Positions 7,946 to 16,838 of a stretch of DNA of 64,000 nucleotides are shown in pieces; position 1 is the stretch's first letter, and every line of letters begins with the position of its first letter. The position numbers and the translations under genes are program-made. Source of the DNA: Coriobacteriia bacterium (lineage in GTDB: Bacteria > Actinomycetota > Coriobacteriia > Anaerosomatales > JAAXUF01). Under the pieces are notes generated by a model. It was not told the origin of the DNA. It ran no database searches and was given only the letters and a program-made list of their open reading frames with translations. The stretch is taken from assembly GCA_038249135.1 (NCBI GenBank), contig JBBRWO010000003.1, forward strand, positions 1,860-65,859, read 5' to 3'.

Positions 7946-9295
7946 TCAGAGTCCTAGCCGCTGCATGCGCGCTTCAAGCGTCTTGGCGGTGAGCCCCAGA
8001 AGCTTCGCTGCCTTGGGAACAACGCTCCCCGCGCGGTCAAGCGCCTGCCTCACCAAGTCAAGCTCGACCTCCTCGAGGTCGACCCCGTCTTCCGGTAGCG
8101 TGAATCCGCTGGTCGCACGGTCGAACCCACCCAGTCCGGCACGCACCTCGCCCGGAAGATCGGAAAGCTCTATCTCATCGCCGTGCGACAGAATGATGAT
8201 GCGCTCGATGGTGTTCTCAAGCTCTCGAATGTTCCCTGGCCACTGATAGCGAGCAAGCGCCTCCATGGCCGCGGGCGAAATCCGCTTGGCGCCTGCCTTG
8301 AACTTCTCGAGGAAGTGGGCGACGAGAAGCGGAATGTCCCCGCTGCGGTGACGCAACGGCGGCAGCGTCACCGGAACCACGTTGAGGCGATAGAAGAGAT
8401 CCTCTCGGAAGGCTCCGTCAGCGATCAGTTGCTGGAGGTCCTGGTTCGTGGCGGCGACCACCCGAACGTCGACATCGATACTGCGGGTTCCGCCGAGACG
8501 CTCGAAACTGCGCTCCTGCAAGACTCGAAGCAGCTTGACCTGCGTCGCCGACGAGATGTCGCCGATCTCATCGAGGAACAACGTGCCCCCGTTCGCGAGT
8601 TCGAACCGCCCGGGCTTCGCTGTGACCGCTCCGGTGAACGCGCCCTTCTCGAACCCGAAGAGCTCGCTCTCCAGCAGAGTCTCAGGCAGCGCACCCGCGC
8701 TCACGGACACAAACGGCTTGTTGGCCCGATCAGAAAGGTTGTGGAGAGCGCGCGCGATGAGCTCCTTGCCCGTACCTGACTCGCCGTAGATCATGACCGT
8801 GGCCAGCGTCGGTGCCACCTTCTGCACCGTCTCGAGCACCGCCATCATGCCGGCGTCTGATGCCACGATTCCTTCGACGTCGTACTCACGGTCCAACTCG
8901 CTTCTCAGGCGAACCACCTCAGCGGCGAGTCCCGAGTACGTGAGCGCCTTATCGATGGCGAGCTTGAGCTCTTCGAGGTCGAATGGCTTGGTCAGGTACT
9001 CGCTCGCGCCGGCCTTCATCGCCTCGACGGCCGTCGCCACATTGCCGTGCGCAGTCAGCATGATGATCGGGAACTGAAGGCCTTTACTCCGAACGGTACG
9101 AAGCACCTCCATGCCGTCTTTGCCCGGCATCCGGTGGTCGAGCACCATGACATCGGGCTCCTGGTCCGAGATGATCGAGAGCGCCTCAACGCCGTCGGAC
9201 GCCTCGAGGACCTCGTAGCCATCGCCCGAGAGCGCCTGGCCGAGAACCCATCTCATGTTCTTCTCGTCATCAACAATGAGCACGCGCTTGCCCAT
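7946..9295 (-). CDS. sigma-54-dependent response regulator (NtrC/AtoC family: REC + AAA+ + Fis-type HTH)
   Basis: The receiver domain is VLIVDDE...[13 protein letters not shown]. Walker A is GESGTGKE, the sigma-54 contact loop is [15 protein letters not shown], and the C-terminal HTH is [16 protein letters not shown]. Confidence 0.92.
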   Translation of the reverse strand: MGKRVLIVDDEKNMRWVLGQALSGDGYEVLEASDGVEALSIISDQEPDVMVLDHRMPGKDGMEVLRTVRSKGLQFPIIMLTAHGNVATAVEAMKAGASEYLTKPFDLEELKLAIDKALTYSGLAAEVVRLRSELDREYDVEGIVASDAGMMAVLETVQKVAPTLATVMIYGESGTGKELIARALHNLSDRANKPFVSVSAGALPETLLESELFGFEKGAFTGAVTAKPGRFELANGGTLFLDEIGDISSATQVKLLRVLQERSFERLGGTRSIDVDVRVVAATNQDLQQLIADGAFREDLFYRLNVVPVTLPPLRHRSGDIPLLVAHFLEKFKAGAKRISPAAMEALARYQWPGNIRELENTIERIIILSHGDEIELSDLPGEVRAGLGGFDRATSGFTLPEDGVDLEEVELDLVRQALDRAGSVVPKAAKLLGLTAKTLEARMQRLGL

Positions 9296-9306
9296 GTGGG
9301 TCCCCT

Positions 9307-10842
9307 TTACTCGTCCAGTGCCGCCGGCAAGGTCACGTTGAATACCGTGCCATCCGGAGAACTCTCTACTTCGATTCTACCTTCGTGCTCGTCAATGATC
9401 CTGTGAACTATCGTCAGGCCAAGTCCGGTGCCTTCGGCCCGCTTGGTGGAGAACGGGTCGAACACCTTAGGTAGATCCTCCGGCGCGATTCCCGGGCCAC
9501 TGTCGGCTACCGACACTTGTACGTACTCACCGCTCGCGCGAGTGGCGATGATAATGGTTCCGCCGTCGTCACCCATCGCTTGCACGGCGTTGGTGACCAG
9601 ATTCAGAAACACTTGCTTGAGCTGATCGGGGTCGCCATCAACGAGCGGGAGGTCGTCGGCGAGCCGTTGCTCGATTCGGACGTCGGACTGACGCGCGAAC
9701 CGAGTAGTGAAGAGTACTACGTCCTGCAAAAGCTCGTTGAGGTCAGCACGGACCAGCGTGGGTTTGCTGGGTCGGCCGAAGTCCAACAACGCCTTGATGA
9801 CCTTGTCCAGTCGATCGATCTCTTGCTTGATGACCTCTGCCGCGTCGTGAATGCGCGCCGCGTCGCATTGCGCATCCTCGAGCAGTTGTACGCTGGCTCT
9901 GATGACCCCAAGCGGGTTGCGGACCTCGTGCGCAACGCCGGCGGTCAACTCGCCCATGGCAGCAAGACGGTCCGCCCGAATGAGCTGATCGGTCAACGCC
10001 TTTATGTCTGAGACGTCTTCGAGTGTCACGACAGCCCCAAGCACTGTGCCACCGACGGCACGCATCCGCGACGTCGAAGATTGCACGTGAACCTCACGTC
10101 CTGAAGACGTGGTCAGCGTTCCCTCGCGTAGCGCCAGAGGTAGCCGACCCGCCAAGACCTTGTCGACATCGCCGGAAATTCCACCGTCTTCGCGAAACAG
10201 GAGCGAGATCGGCCGAGGGACCATCTCGAACTCGGACATGCCGAGCATCCGCTCCGCAGCAGGGTTGGCCGTGGTCACAGAACCATCCGGGCCCACCGTA
10301 AGCACCCCCGAGGTAATCGATCTGAGAATCGACTGGGTGTAATCCTGGATGTTGATGAGCTGGATCGCCCGCTCTTCGAGCTTCTTGTACGCCTCCTCGA
10401 GCTGCAAAGAGAGCTGACGCAAGTCGCGCGTCTTGTTCTCCTCTGTGTCGCGAAGCGCACCGAACAGCACGCCCACCGCGATAAACGATGCAACCTCCAG
10501 GACGCTGGCAAAGCCGGTGCTCATCGGAAGACCCAGGGTGGTTCGAGAATGGATCGCAAACGGCAGCGAGGCGGCAAGCGCGACGGCGAAGCCACCCCGA
10601 CGACCGAAAACGTACGCCGCGTAGATGATAGGAACGTAGTAGAGCCGCTGGTACAGGAGGTGCATCTGCGCACTTCCAACCCCTGACCCGGCCAGAAGGT
10701 GCAGTGCCGAGACTCCGATCAGCATCACGACGATGATCAGCGTCGCACGAACCTCGCGCGCCCTCTGCGCGTCGGCCATGGCGGGTGCGCCTTCGGTCGC
10801 GAGCTGCGGTCGCTTCGGCAGCCCGGCGCGCTCCCCTGTCAT
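9307..10842 (-). CDS. membrane sensor histidine kinase (multi-TM N-terminus, PAS, HisKA, HATPase_c)
   Basis: H-box [17 protein letters not shown]-box [12 protein letters not shown]-box DSGPGI...GTGLGL. ATG 10842 overlaps the rpoN stop as ATGA. Confidence 0.88.
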   Translation of the reverse strand: MTGERAGLPKRPQLATEGAPAMADAQRAREVRATLIIVVMLIGVSALHLLAGSGVGSAQMHLLYQRLYYVPIIYAAYVFGRRGGFAVALAASLPFAIHSRTTLGLPMSTGFASVLEVASFIAVGVLFGALRDTEENKTRDLRQLSLQLEEAYKKLEERAIQLINIQDYTQSILRSITSGVLTVGPDGSVTTANPAAERMLGMSEFEMVPRPISLLFREDGGISGDVDKVLAGRLPLALREGTLTTSSGREVHVQSSTSRMRAVGGTVLGAVVTLEDVSDIKALTDQLIRADRLAAMGELTAGVAHEVRNPLGVIRASVQLLEDAQCDAARIHDAAEVIKQEIDRLDKVIKALLDFGRPSKPTLVRADLNELLQDVVLFTTRFARQSDVRIEQRLADDLPLVDGDPDQLKQVFLNLVTNAVQAMGDDGGTIIIATRASGEYVQVSVADSGPGIAPEDLPKVFDPFSTKRAEGTGLGLTIVHRIIDEHEGRIEVESSPDGTVFNVTLPAALDE

Positions 10843-12239
10843 CTGCGGCGCCTCGCCCAAGACGGCTCGATGTGCAGTTCCTCGCGATACTTCGCTACCG
10901 TACGCCGCGCCACGGTAACGCCCTCGTCGGACAGCATCTCAGCGAGTCGCTGATCCGAGAGCGGCTTGGCGACATCTTCCGCCAGCACGAGTTCGCGCAA
11001 CCGCTGCTTGATACTGGTGGCGGCCACGTCCATGCCACTCGTCGTCCGGTATCCGCCGCTGAAGAAGTGCTTGAGCTCGAAGAGGCCATAGGGCGTGGCC
11101 ATGTATTTGCCGGTTACCCCGCGGGAGACGGTCGACAGGTGTACGCCGATCTCCACGGCGACGTCCTCGAGTCGCAGCGGACGCAACAGCCCGTGCCCGT
11201 CCTCGAAGAACTCGAACTGCACCTCGAGGATGATCTGCGTGATCCGCGTGACCGTGTCCTTGCGCCGATCGACGTTCTTGATGAAACTCTCCGCCGAGCG
11301 GATCTTGTCCTTCAGGTACTTGCGTGTCTCGTCATCTGCCGAGGAACCGCTGCGCAGCATCGACCGATACCGCGGGGACACGCGCAACGTGGGAATCGCT
11401 TCGTTGTTCGAGGTGATGACCCACTCATCGTCGAAGCGACGAATCGTCACGTCCGGCACGATGTAGCCCGGCGAAGGTCCGGGAGAAAACGCTCCGGCCG
11501 GTCTGGGGTTGAGGACTTTGAGAATCTCAACCAGTCGCCGGACCTCGGCCTCATCGACCTTCAGCGCTCGCGCGACCTTGCGATAGTGGTTGGCGGCAAC
11601 ATCATCGAGATGCTCGCGCACGATGACGAGCAGCAACGGCTCCTCGATGTCGAGTGACTCGAGCTGAAGACGCAACGCTTCTGCGAGGTCGCGCGCGCCA
11701 ACCCCCGGCGGATCGAGTTGCTGAACCGCGCGAAGTCCCTCCTCGGCCTCGGCGAGGGTAACGTCAACGAGTTTCGCGACTTCCTCGAGCGAGCCGACAA
11801 AAAATCCGTCCTTGTCGAGCGACCCGACCACGGCCTTCGCCGCATTCTCGACATCCTCGGTGACGTCAAGCAAGGAAAGCTGCTCGAGCAGATAGTCGTC
11901 GAACGACTGAACGCCGCCGACAAAGTCCTCAGTGTTGGTCTGCTCGGCGTTAGGGTCGCGGGGCGCACTCTGGTCGGTGGTGTCGAGATCCTCATACATC
12001 TCGAGCCACTCGTCCCACGAACGCTCGTCGACCGGCTCCTCAGGAGCCTCTTCACCCTCAGCGGGCTCACTGTCGGTCTCGTCAACCTCGAGGACCGGGT
12101 TCTCGAGCATCTCGACTTCGATCATCTGCTGAAGCTCTGTAACGGGCATGGCGAGTATGGCCAGTCCCTGATACACCTGCGGGGACAGCGTCACTTTCTG
12201 GCGAAGGTCTGATCGCTGCGAGAGTTCCAAAGTACTCAC
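10839..12239 (-). CDS. rpoN: RNA polymerase sigma-54 factor
   Basis: 466 aa with a Gln/Leu-rich region I, an acidic region II and the C-terminal RpoN box ARRTVAKYREEL. Confidence 0.93.
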   Translation of the reverse strand: MSTLELSQRSDLRQKVTLSPQVYQGLAILAMPVTELQQMIEVEMLENPVLEVDETDSEPAEGEEAPEEPVDERSWDEWLEMYEDLDTTDQSAPRDPNAEQTNTEDFVGGVQSFDDYLLEQLSLLDVTEDVENAAKAVVGSLDKDGFFVGSLEEVAKLVDVTLAEAEEGLRAVQQLDPPGVGARDLAEALRLQLESLDIEEPLLLVIVREHLDDVAANHYRKVARALKVDEAEVRRLVEILKVLNPRPAGAFSPGPSPGYIVPDVTIRRFDDEWVITSNNEAIPTLRVSPRYRSMLRSGSSADDETRKYLKDKIRSAESFIKNVDRRKDTVTRITQIILEVQFEFFEDGHGLLRPLRLEDVAVEIGVHLSTVSRGVTGKYMATPYGLFELKHFFSGGYRTTSGMDVAATSIKQRLRELVLAEDVAKPLSDQRLAEMLSDEGVTVARRTVAKYREELHIEPSWARRRR

Positions 12240-12277
12240 CCCCGGTGAGTAGGCCGCTCAATGGCGTCGGCGGAGCT

Positions 12278-12293
12278 TGCAAAAAGTATACCA
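12278..12293 (-). promoter_or_regulatory. sigma-54 (-24/-12) promoter upstream of rpoN
   Basis: The minus strand reads TGGTATACTTTTTGCA, with GG-N10-GC spacing and a full TTGCA -12 box. It lies about 40 nt upstream of the rpoN start, just downstream of the hairpin that follows the EamA gene. Confidence 0.55.
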
Positions 12294-12342
12294 CCGTGAG
12301 CTTTCCCCTGGCCGCGAGGGGCTGCGAGGATTGTGTGTGGAA

Positions 12343-13365
12343 TCACTCCTGTGGCGGCAGGATGGGCACCGGCTGCCGCTCGGGCAGCTGGACCACCGCG
12401 ATCGCTGCGATGACGAGTGCTCCGCCCAGGATCTGTACCGGGCTCAGCGCCGTGCCGAACAGGAAGTACGCGCCGATAGCCGCCAGCACCGGCTCAACGG
12501 TCGACGTCACCGTCGCGTTGGTGGGCGCGATGTGGCGCAACGCGGTCAGGAAGGCCGCGAAGGGAACAATCGTGCTCACCACGGCGATGAACAGAACAGC
12601 AACGGCCGTCTTCACATCCAGAAGGAGCGAGAGAACCGGCTTCACACCAAGCACCGCGAACCAGAACACACTCGCGAACGCGAGCCCCCAGACCAGTGTC
12701 GTATACGGCGGATAACGGCGAGCCGCGACCGAACCCATCAGGGAGTATGCCGCGAAGAACACCGCCGAAAGCAGTCCCCAGAGCACTCCCGTGGGCGGGA
12801 TGGAGAGACCGTCGCCGCCTATGGCGCCGACCACCAACGCACACCCGAGAACCGACAGCGCGACGCCGACAGGTAGTGCCCATGTCAGCTTGTGTCGCAG
12901 GAAGAGCACACTGAACGCGAGCACCAGTACCGGGGCGAGATATTCAAGCAGAATCGCGGTCGCGGGATCGTGTGTGATCGAGATGGTCTTGAAGTACGTG
13001 TAGTGGACCATGGCCAATCCGGCAACTCCGAACACCGCGAAGAACGGCACTTCGCGCAGTTCTATTCGCAAGTCGCGACGGCGAAAGACAGCCAAGTACG
13101 CCGCCAGCAGTACAAACGCGCTGAATGCGCGGGCGCCGGACAGCACGGTCGGCTCGACCACCATGCCGAGCGGGGCGACCAGCCACGCATTCGTGGCAAG
13201 CGACGGCGTAGTGAACAGCCAATCAGCTGTCAAACCTCCGGTCGCCCAGCAGGCAGCCGCCAGCAAAGCCAACAGATACCCCCGGAGCGCCGACTGTTTG
13301 AGAGGGCCCGCCTTACGCGCCTGAGCCACGGGACTCCTCGGCGGTCTTGGCCTTCTGATAGTCAT
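12343..13365 (-). CDS. EamA/DMT-family transporter
   Basis: About 10 hydrophobic helices in two repeated halves, typical of EamA. The start is uncertain because the longest ORF overlaps the 3' end of the CDF gene. Confidence 0.8.
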   Translation of the reverse strand: MTIRRPRPPRSPVAQARKAGPLKQSALRGYLLALLAAACWATGGLTADWLFTTPSLATNAWLVAPLGMVVEPTVLSGARAFSAFVLLAAYLAVFRRRDLRIELREVPFFAVFGVAGLAMVHYTYFKTISITHDPATAILLEYLAPVLVLAFSVLFLRHKLTWALPVGVALSVLGCALVVGAIGGDGLSIPPTGVLWGLLSAVFFAAYSLMGSVAARRYPPYTTLVWGLAFASVFWFAVLGVKPVLSLLLDVKTAVAVLFIAVVSTIVPFAAFLTALRHIAPTNATVTSTVEPVLAAIGAYFLFGTALSPVQILGGALVIAAIAVVQLPERQPVPILPPQE

Positions 13366-14257
13366 CGTAAGGCTCGAGGTGGGCGATCACGTCGACGATC
13401 TGCTGATACTGCTCGGCAAGGGTGAGCTCCACCTCTTCTGCGATGTCGTGCCCCTCCGCGACGGTGGCCTCGGGGTCGACCTGCACGTGTAGATCCACAT
13501 ACACCTCGGCCTCAGAACCACGCGTTCGGATGTGATGGCAGCCCAAGACACCGGGAACCGAGATCGCGACCGCGCAGATATCGTCGGCTGGTATGCGCAT
13601 GGAGTCCGAGAGGGTCGCACTGGCATGACGGAACACTCCCCATGCGGTGTACACGATCGCGCACGTCACCAGCAAAGCGACAATCGGGTCGGCCAGGGGG
13701 AAGCCAAGCTTCACCAACACGAGGCTGACGATGACTCCGATGCTGACGAGTGCGTCAGATCCGGTGTGGCTTGCGTCGGCGACCAGGATCGAACTGCCCA
13801 GTCTGTGACCGACCCGGCGTTCCCAGAACGTGACGCCTAGATTGACAGCAAGCGTGCCGAGCATGACCACAAAGGACATGGCGGTGACCGTCGGGGGCTC
13901 ACCGCCACTCCTGAGTCCGGCAATGGCCTCGCTGCCGATTCGATACGCAGCAAACAGGAGCATCGCACCGATGACCGCGGATGCGTAGGTCTCGTACTTG
14001 CCATGCCCGTACGGGTGGTCCTCGTCGGCAGGACGACCGGCAAAGCCCATACCGACGAGGCCAACGACATTGCTCGCTCCGTCGAACAGGGAGTGAAAAC
14101 CGTCAGCCTGCATTGCGGTAGAGCCGCTGATCGTTCCCCACACGAGCTTAGCCAATGCGACAGCGACGTTCAGGAACAGAATTATCCAGAGAATCCGCTT
14201 GATCTCGCGGATTCTGCCCTCACCAGCCGCTGCGTTTGCTGGTCGTGTGTAGCCCAC
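13313..14257 (-). CDS. cation diffusion facilitator (CDF) divalent-metal efflux transporter
   Basis: HxxxD motifs are present in TM2 (FHSLFD) and TM5 (SHTGSD), with a C-terminal cytoplasmic domain. Start moved to GTG 14257 (GGAGGGGGA RBS) because the longer ORF would read through the operator palindrome. Confidence 0.85.
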   Translation of the reverse strand: MGYTRPANAAAGEGRIREIKRILWIILFLNVAVALAKLVWGTISGSTAMQADGFHSLFDGASNVVGLVGMGFAGRPADEDHPYGHGKYETYASAVIGAMLLFAAYRIGSEAIAGLRSGGEPPTVTAMSFVVMLGTLAVNLGVTFWERRVGHRLGSSILVADASHTGSDALVSIGVIVSLVLVKLGFPLADPIVALLVTCAIVYTAWGVFRHASATLSDSMRIPADDICAVAISVPGVLGCHHIRTRGSEAEVYVDLHVQVDPEATVAEGHDIAEEVELTLAEQYQQIVDVIAHLEPYDDYQKAKTAEESRGSGA

Positions 14258-14289
14258 GCTTCCCCCTCCGTGATACTGGCTTGCTGTGA

Positions 14290-14306
14290 ATACCCCTAGG
14301 GGGTAT
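14290..14306. promoter_or_regulatory. CsoR-family operator palindrome in the divergent CDF/csoR intergenic region
   Basis: ATACCCCTAGGGGGTAT has 7-bp arms ATACCCC/GGGGTAT. It lies 33 nt from the CDF start and 51 nt from the csoR-like start. A weaker second site, GTACCCGAGGGGAC, is at 14333-14346. Confidence 0.55.
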
Positions 14307-14356
14307 AGTGTCTGCGTAAGAGAGAGCATACCGTACCCGAGGGGACTGGGCTAACC

Positions 14357-14653
14357 ATGACCGAGATCAATGCGTTGATCGCCGATGAGGCCGAGCGGAC
14401 AAAGATCATCAACAGGCTTCGCCGACTCGAAGGTCAGATCCGTGGGCTGCAAACGATGATCGAATCGGGCAAAGAATGCGACGCCGTACTCACGCAGGTG
14501 ATGGCTGCGAAGTCGGCACTGAACCAAGTGGGACTGCACATCATCGGCCACTCAATGAAGCGTTGTCTGATCGACGATAGCGCAGAGACCCGTGATGAGG
14601 TCATCGACCAGGCGATAGCTACCTTCCTCAAGTACTCGAACTGCGTCAAGTAG
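14357..14653 (+). CDS. CsoR/RcnR-family metal-sensing transcriptional repressor
   Basis: 98 aa. INRLRRLEGQIRGLQTMIE...ECDAVLTQVMAAKSAL...HIIGHSMKRC is the DUF156 helical-bundle pattern with its Cys/His ligands. Confidence 0.88.
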   Translation: MTEINALIADEAERTKIINRLRRLEGQIRGLQTMIESGKECDAVLTQVMAAKSALNQVGLHIIGHSMKRCLIDDSAETRDEVIDQAIATFLKYSNCVK

Positions 14654-14662
14654 CCTGATTCC

Positions 14663-15901
14663 ATGCAGGAAACAACGGCCATATGGATCGCGCTCATCGT
14701 GGCGGCTTTCGCTCTCGGCGGTTGCACAGTGGCAATTCTCGTTGTTCGTCGCTCGGCCGAGCCGATCTTCGGGGCCCTCGGAATCGGTGCGCTCCTGACA
14801 GGTGGATGGGCCTTCGCGCTCATCAGCGAGTCTTACACGCGACTCGATGCCGTGATGTACGCGCTCGCCTTAGCGCTCGCTGCTGCGATCGGCGGTTACG
14901 CGCTCGCCTCCACGCTGCTTGGAATACTCGCACGCACCGACCCGGCACCGGTTCCCGGAGTCGAACTTGGGCCCGACACAGGCCAGGCGGCTCTCGTCAT
15001 TCTCGGCGAAGATGAGCCGTCGCTTTACGATGAAGGTGCTACAGCAACCGCGCTCGATCGGCTTTCAGATGCAGGGCTGCTGCACGCTTCTATCGCGATT
15101 CTCCCCTTCCTGTTCATGGCACAGAAGGCGCGATATCGCGCTGCGGGAGGCACGAGCCGAGCTGCCCGTCAGCTTGATTCGCTCGCTGAACATGTTGAAA
15201 CTTCGCTGGCGGCCTCGGCGTTCGGTCAGATCGGGTCAGCGTCCGTTGAGGGACGTCGTGGGCTTGAGCAGGCCGTGGTCGGGGCAGCGCAGCGGGGATT
15301 CCGCCGGATAGTCGTCGCCGAGGCGGTCGTGGGGGCGTCACTCGAGCTGGACCGTGGTAAGCGCCGCGTCGATGCGTTAAGACTCGCCGACCACGGCGTG
15401 CACGTGGCCTACACCGACGCGTTGTCGGACTCCGACCGGATTGCCGCTCTGGTGGCGATGCGGATCGTCGATGTTTCCGGTGACGCCACCGCGACCGGGG
15501 TCGTCCTCGTGGGTGCAGCGCAGCCGGATGTTCACTCGAAAGACCGACGTGAGTTCGACGAGCAGGAATTGTCATTCCTGAGCCGTGTGAGAATGCGACT
15601 GATCGAGCGCGGACTCGCCGAGACGCACGTCCGAATCGCCTGGATCGAGTGGCGCGCACCGGACGTTACGTCAGCCGTACGACATCTCGCGGCACTGGGG
15701 TGCTTGAGAATCGTGGTCTCCCCTGCGTGCTTCCCGCTCGACACGATCCAGTCCACGCTCGACATCGAGATCGCCGTACGACAGGCGAGATTGGACCCCT
15801 CGGTTGCCGTGGTGAAACTCAACGGCTACGCGAGTGACCCTGCATTCGCCGAGGAGCTGAGAGGTCGCGCGCTTCATGCCTTGGCCAGCGTCGGTTCCTA
15901 G
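14663..15901 (+). CDS. membrane-anchored class II chelatase-like (ferrochelatase/CbiX fold) protein, possibly non-catalytic
   Basis: Three to four N-terminal TM helices are followed by two Rossmann-like halves. Blocks such as VVLVGAAQPDV and LRIVVSPACFPLDTIQSTLD align by eye to ferrochelatase SAHSLP and VPVGFVADHLE. The gene starts 9 nt after the csoR-like stop. Confidence 0.4.
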   Translation: MQETTAIWIALIVAAFALGGCTVAILVVRRSAEPIFGALGIGALLTGGWAFALISESYTRLDAVMYALALALAAAIGGYALASTLLGILARTDPAPVPGVELGPDTGQAALVILGEDEPSLYDEGATATALDRLSDAGLLHASIAILPFLFMAQKARYRAAGGTSRAARQLDSLAEHVETSLAASAFGQIGSASVEGRRGLEQAVVGAAQRGFRRIVVAEAVVGASLELDRGKRRVDALRLADHGVHVAYTDALSDSDRIAALVAMRIVDVSGDATATGVVLVGAAQPDVHSKDRREFDEQELSFLSRVRMRLIERGLAETHVRIAWIEWRAPDVTSAVRHLAALGCLRIVVSPACFPLDTIQSTLDIEIAVRQARLDPSVAVVKLNGYASDPAFAEELRGRALHALASVGS

Positions 15902-15912
15902 ACCCTAGCCGA

Positions 15913-16635
15913 CTACTTCGCCTTACAGCGCTCCCAGTTCCACGATTGCATCCGACGAATCTGCGGATAGCGAACTGCGTAGCGCAGCGCCACCGACAGG
16001 CCGCCTCGGGCTGCTTCTGCACGGGTCTCGAGATTGTCGATGCTGGTTCGCAGGTCCTCGACGCTCGTGCCACGAAAGACCGTGTAGCCCTTGCCGATCG
16101 CCTTGCACACATGGGCGTCTGAGCCGCCGGTCGCGGCGATACCCTGCCCACCGGCAAACGCCTGAGCGGCAAGCTTGTTGGCATAGATGAGGTACGGCGA
16201 AGAGTTGTAGACCTCGAGCGCTTTGAACGCCAGATCGTTGATTGCTCCGCCGACACTGTTCAGCCCAAAAGGTCCGAACGCCTGATTGGCGAACGGGTGT
16301 GCGATAACCGCGACGCCGCCCTGCTCCTCGATCGCGCGGATGGTGTCTGCAGCCGACATGCCTGCAGGCACGTCCTCCTGGAGGAACAGCCCGAGAATGT
16401 GGCCGGCCTTCGACGAGACTTCTTCGCCAATGACGACCTCGAAGTCGTAAAGCTCCGAGAGCGACTTCGCGAAGAGCGCTCCCTCGATGGTGTTGTGGTC
16501 GGTGATCGCGATGACGTTGAGGTCGGTGTGGTTCTGCACGTACTCCATGATCTCGGGAATCTTCGCCAGACCGTCGCTGTGGTCTGAATGAATGTGCAGA
16601 TCAGCCTTGCCCCATAGTTCGGCTTGTGTGCTCAC
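15913..16635 (-). CDS. PHP-domain metal-dependent phosphoesterase
   Basis: ADLHIHSDHSDG...VIAITDHNTIEGA...AHPF...GGSDAH are the PHP His/Asp motifs. GTG start at 16635. Confidence 0.8.
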   Translation of the reverse strand: MSTQAELWGKADLHIHSDHSDGLAKIPEIMEYVQNHTDLNVIAITDHNTIEGALFAKSLSELYDFEVVIGEEVSSKAGHILGLFLQEDVPAGMSAADTIRAIEEQGGVAVIAHPFANQAFGPFGLNSVGGAINDLAFKALEVYNSSPYLIYANKLAAQAFAGGQGIAATGGSDAHVCKAIGKGYTVFRGTSVEDLRTSIDNLETRAEAARGGLSVALRYAVRYPQIRRMQSWNWERCKAK

Positions 16636-16700
16636 GATTGAATGAGTCCCCTCGCCTTGTGAGTCGTGGTCCGCGACTCATTGATAGCCGGTATCCGATA

Positions 16701-16716
16701 AGCAAGGCGCGAACCA
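16701..16716 (-). promoter_or_regulatory. sigma-54 (-24/-12) promoter upstream of the PHP gene
   Basis: The minus strand reads TGGTTCGCGCCTTGCT, with GG-N10-GC spacing and a TTGCT -12 box. It is in the 203-nt intergenic region, about 65 nt upstream of GTG 16635. Confidence 0.5.
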
Positions 16717-16838
16717 ACTGCGTATCTGCCCCCTCGCGATGCCAAGACTAGTATCGGCGAATCAGCTAGCGTGCTACACCCACGTCTCGGCGAACGGTCG
16801 CATTGGCAAGACGAACGCACGCATGCTGCGATGAGCAG

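Noticed and set aside
14258-14329. N-terminal 24 codons of track ORF 13313..14329 (CDF)
   Set aside because: These codons would run through the 17-bp operator palindrome. GTG 14257 has a strong RBS and leaves a normal divergent promoter region.
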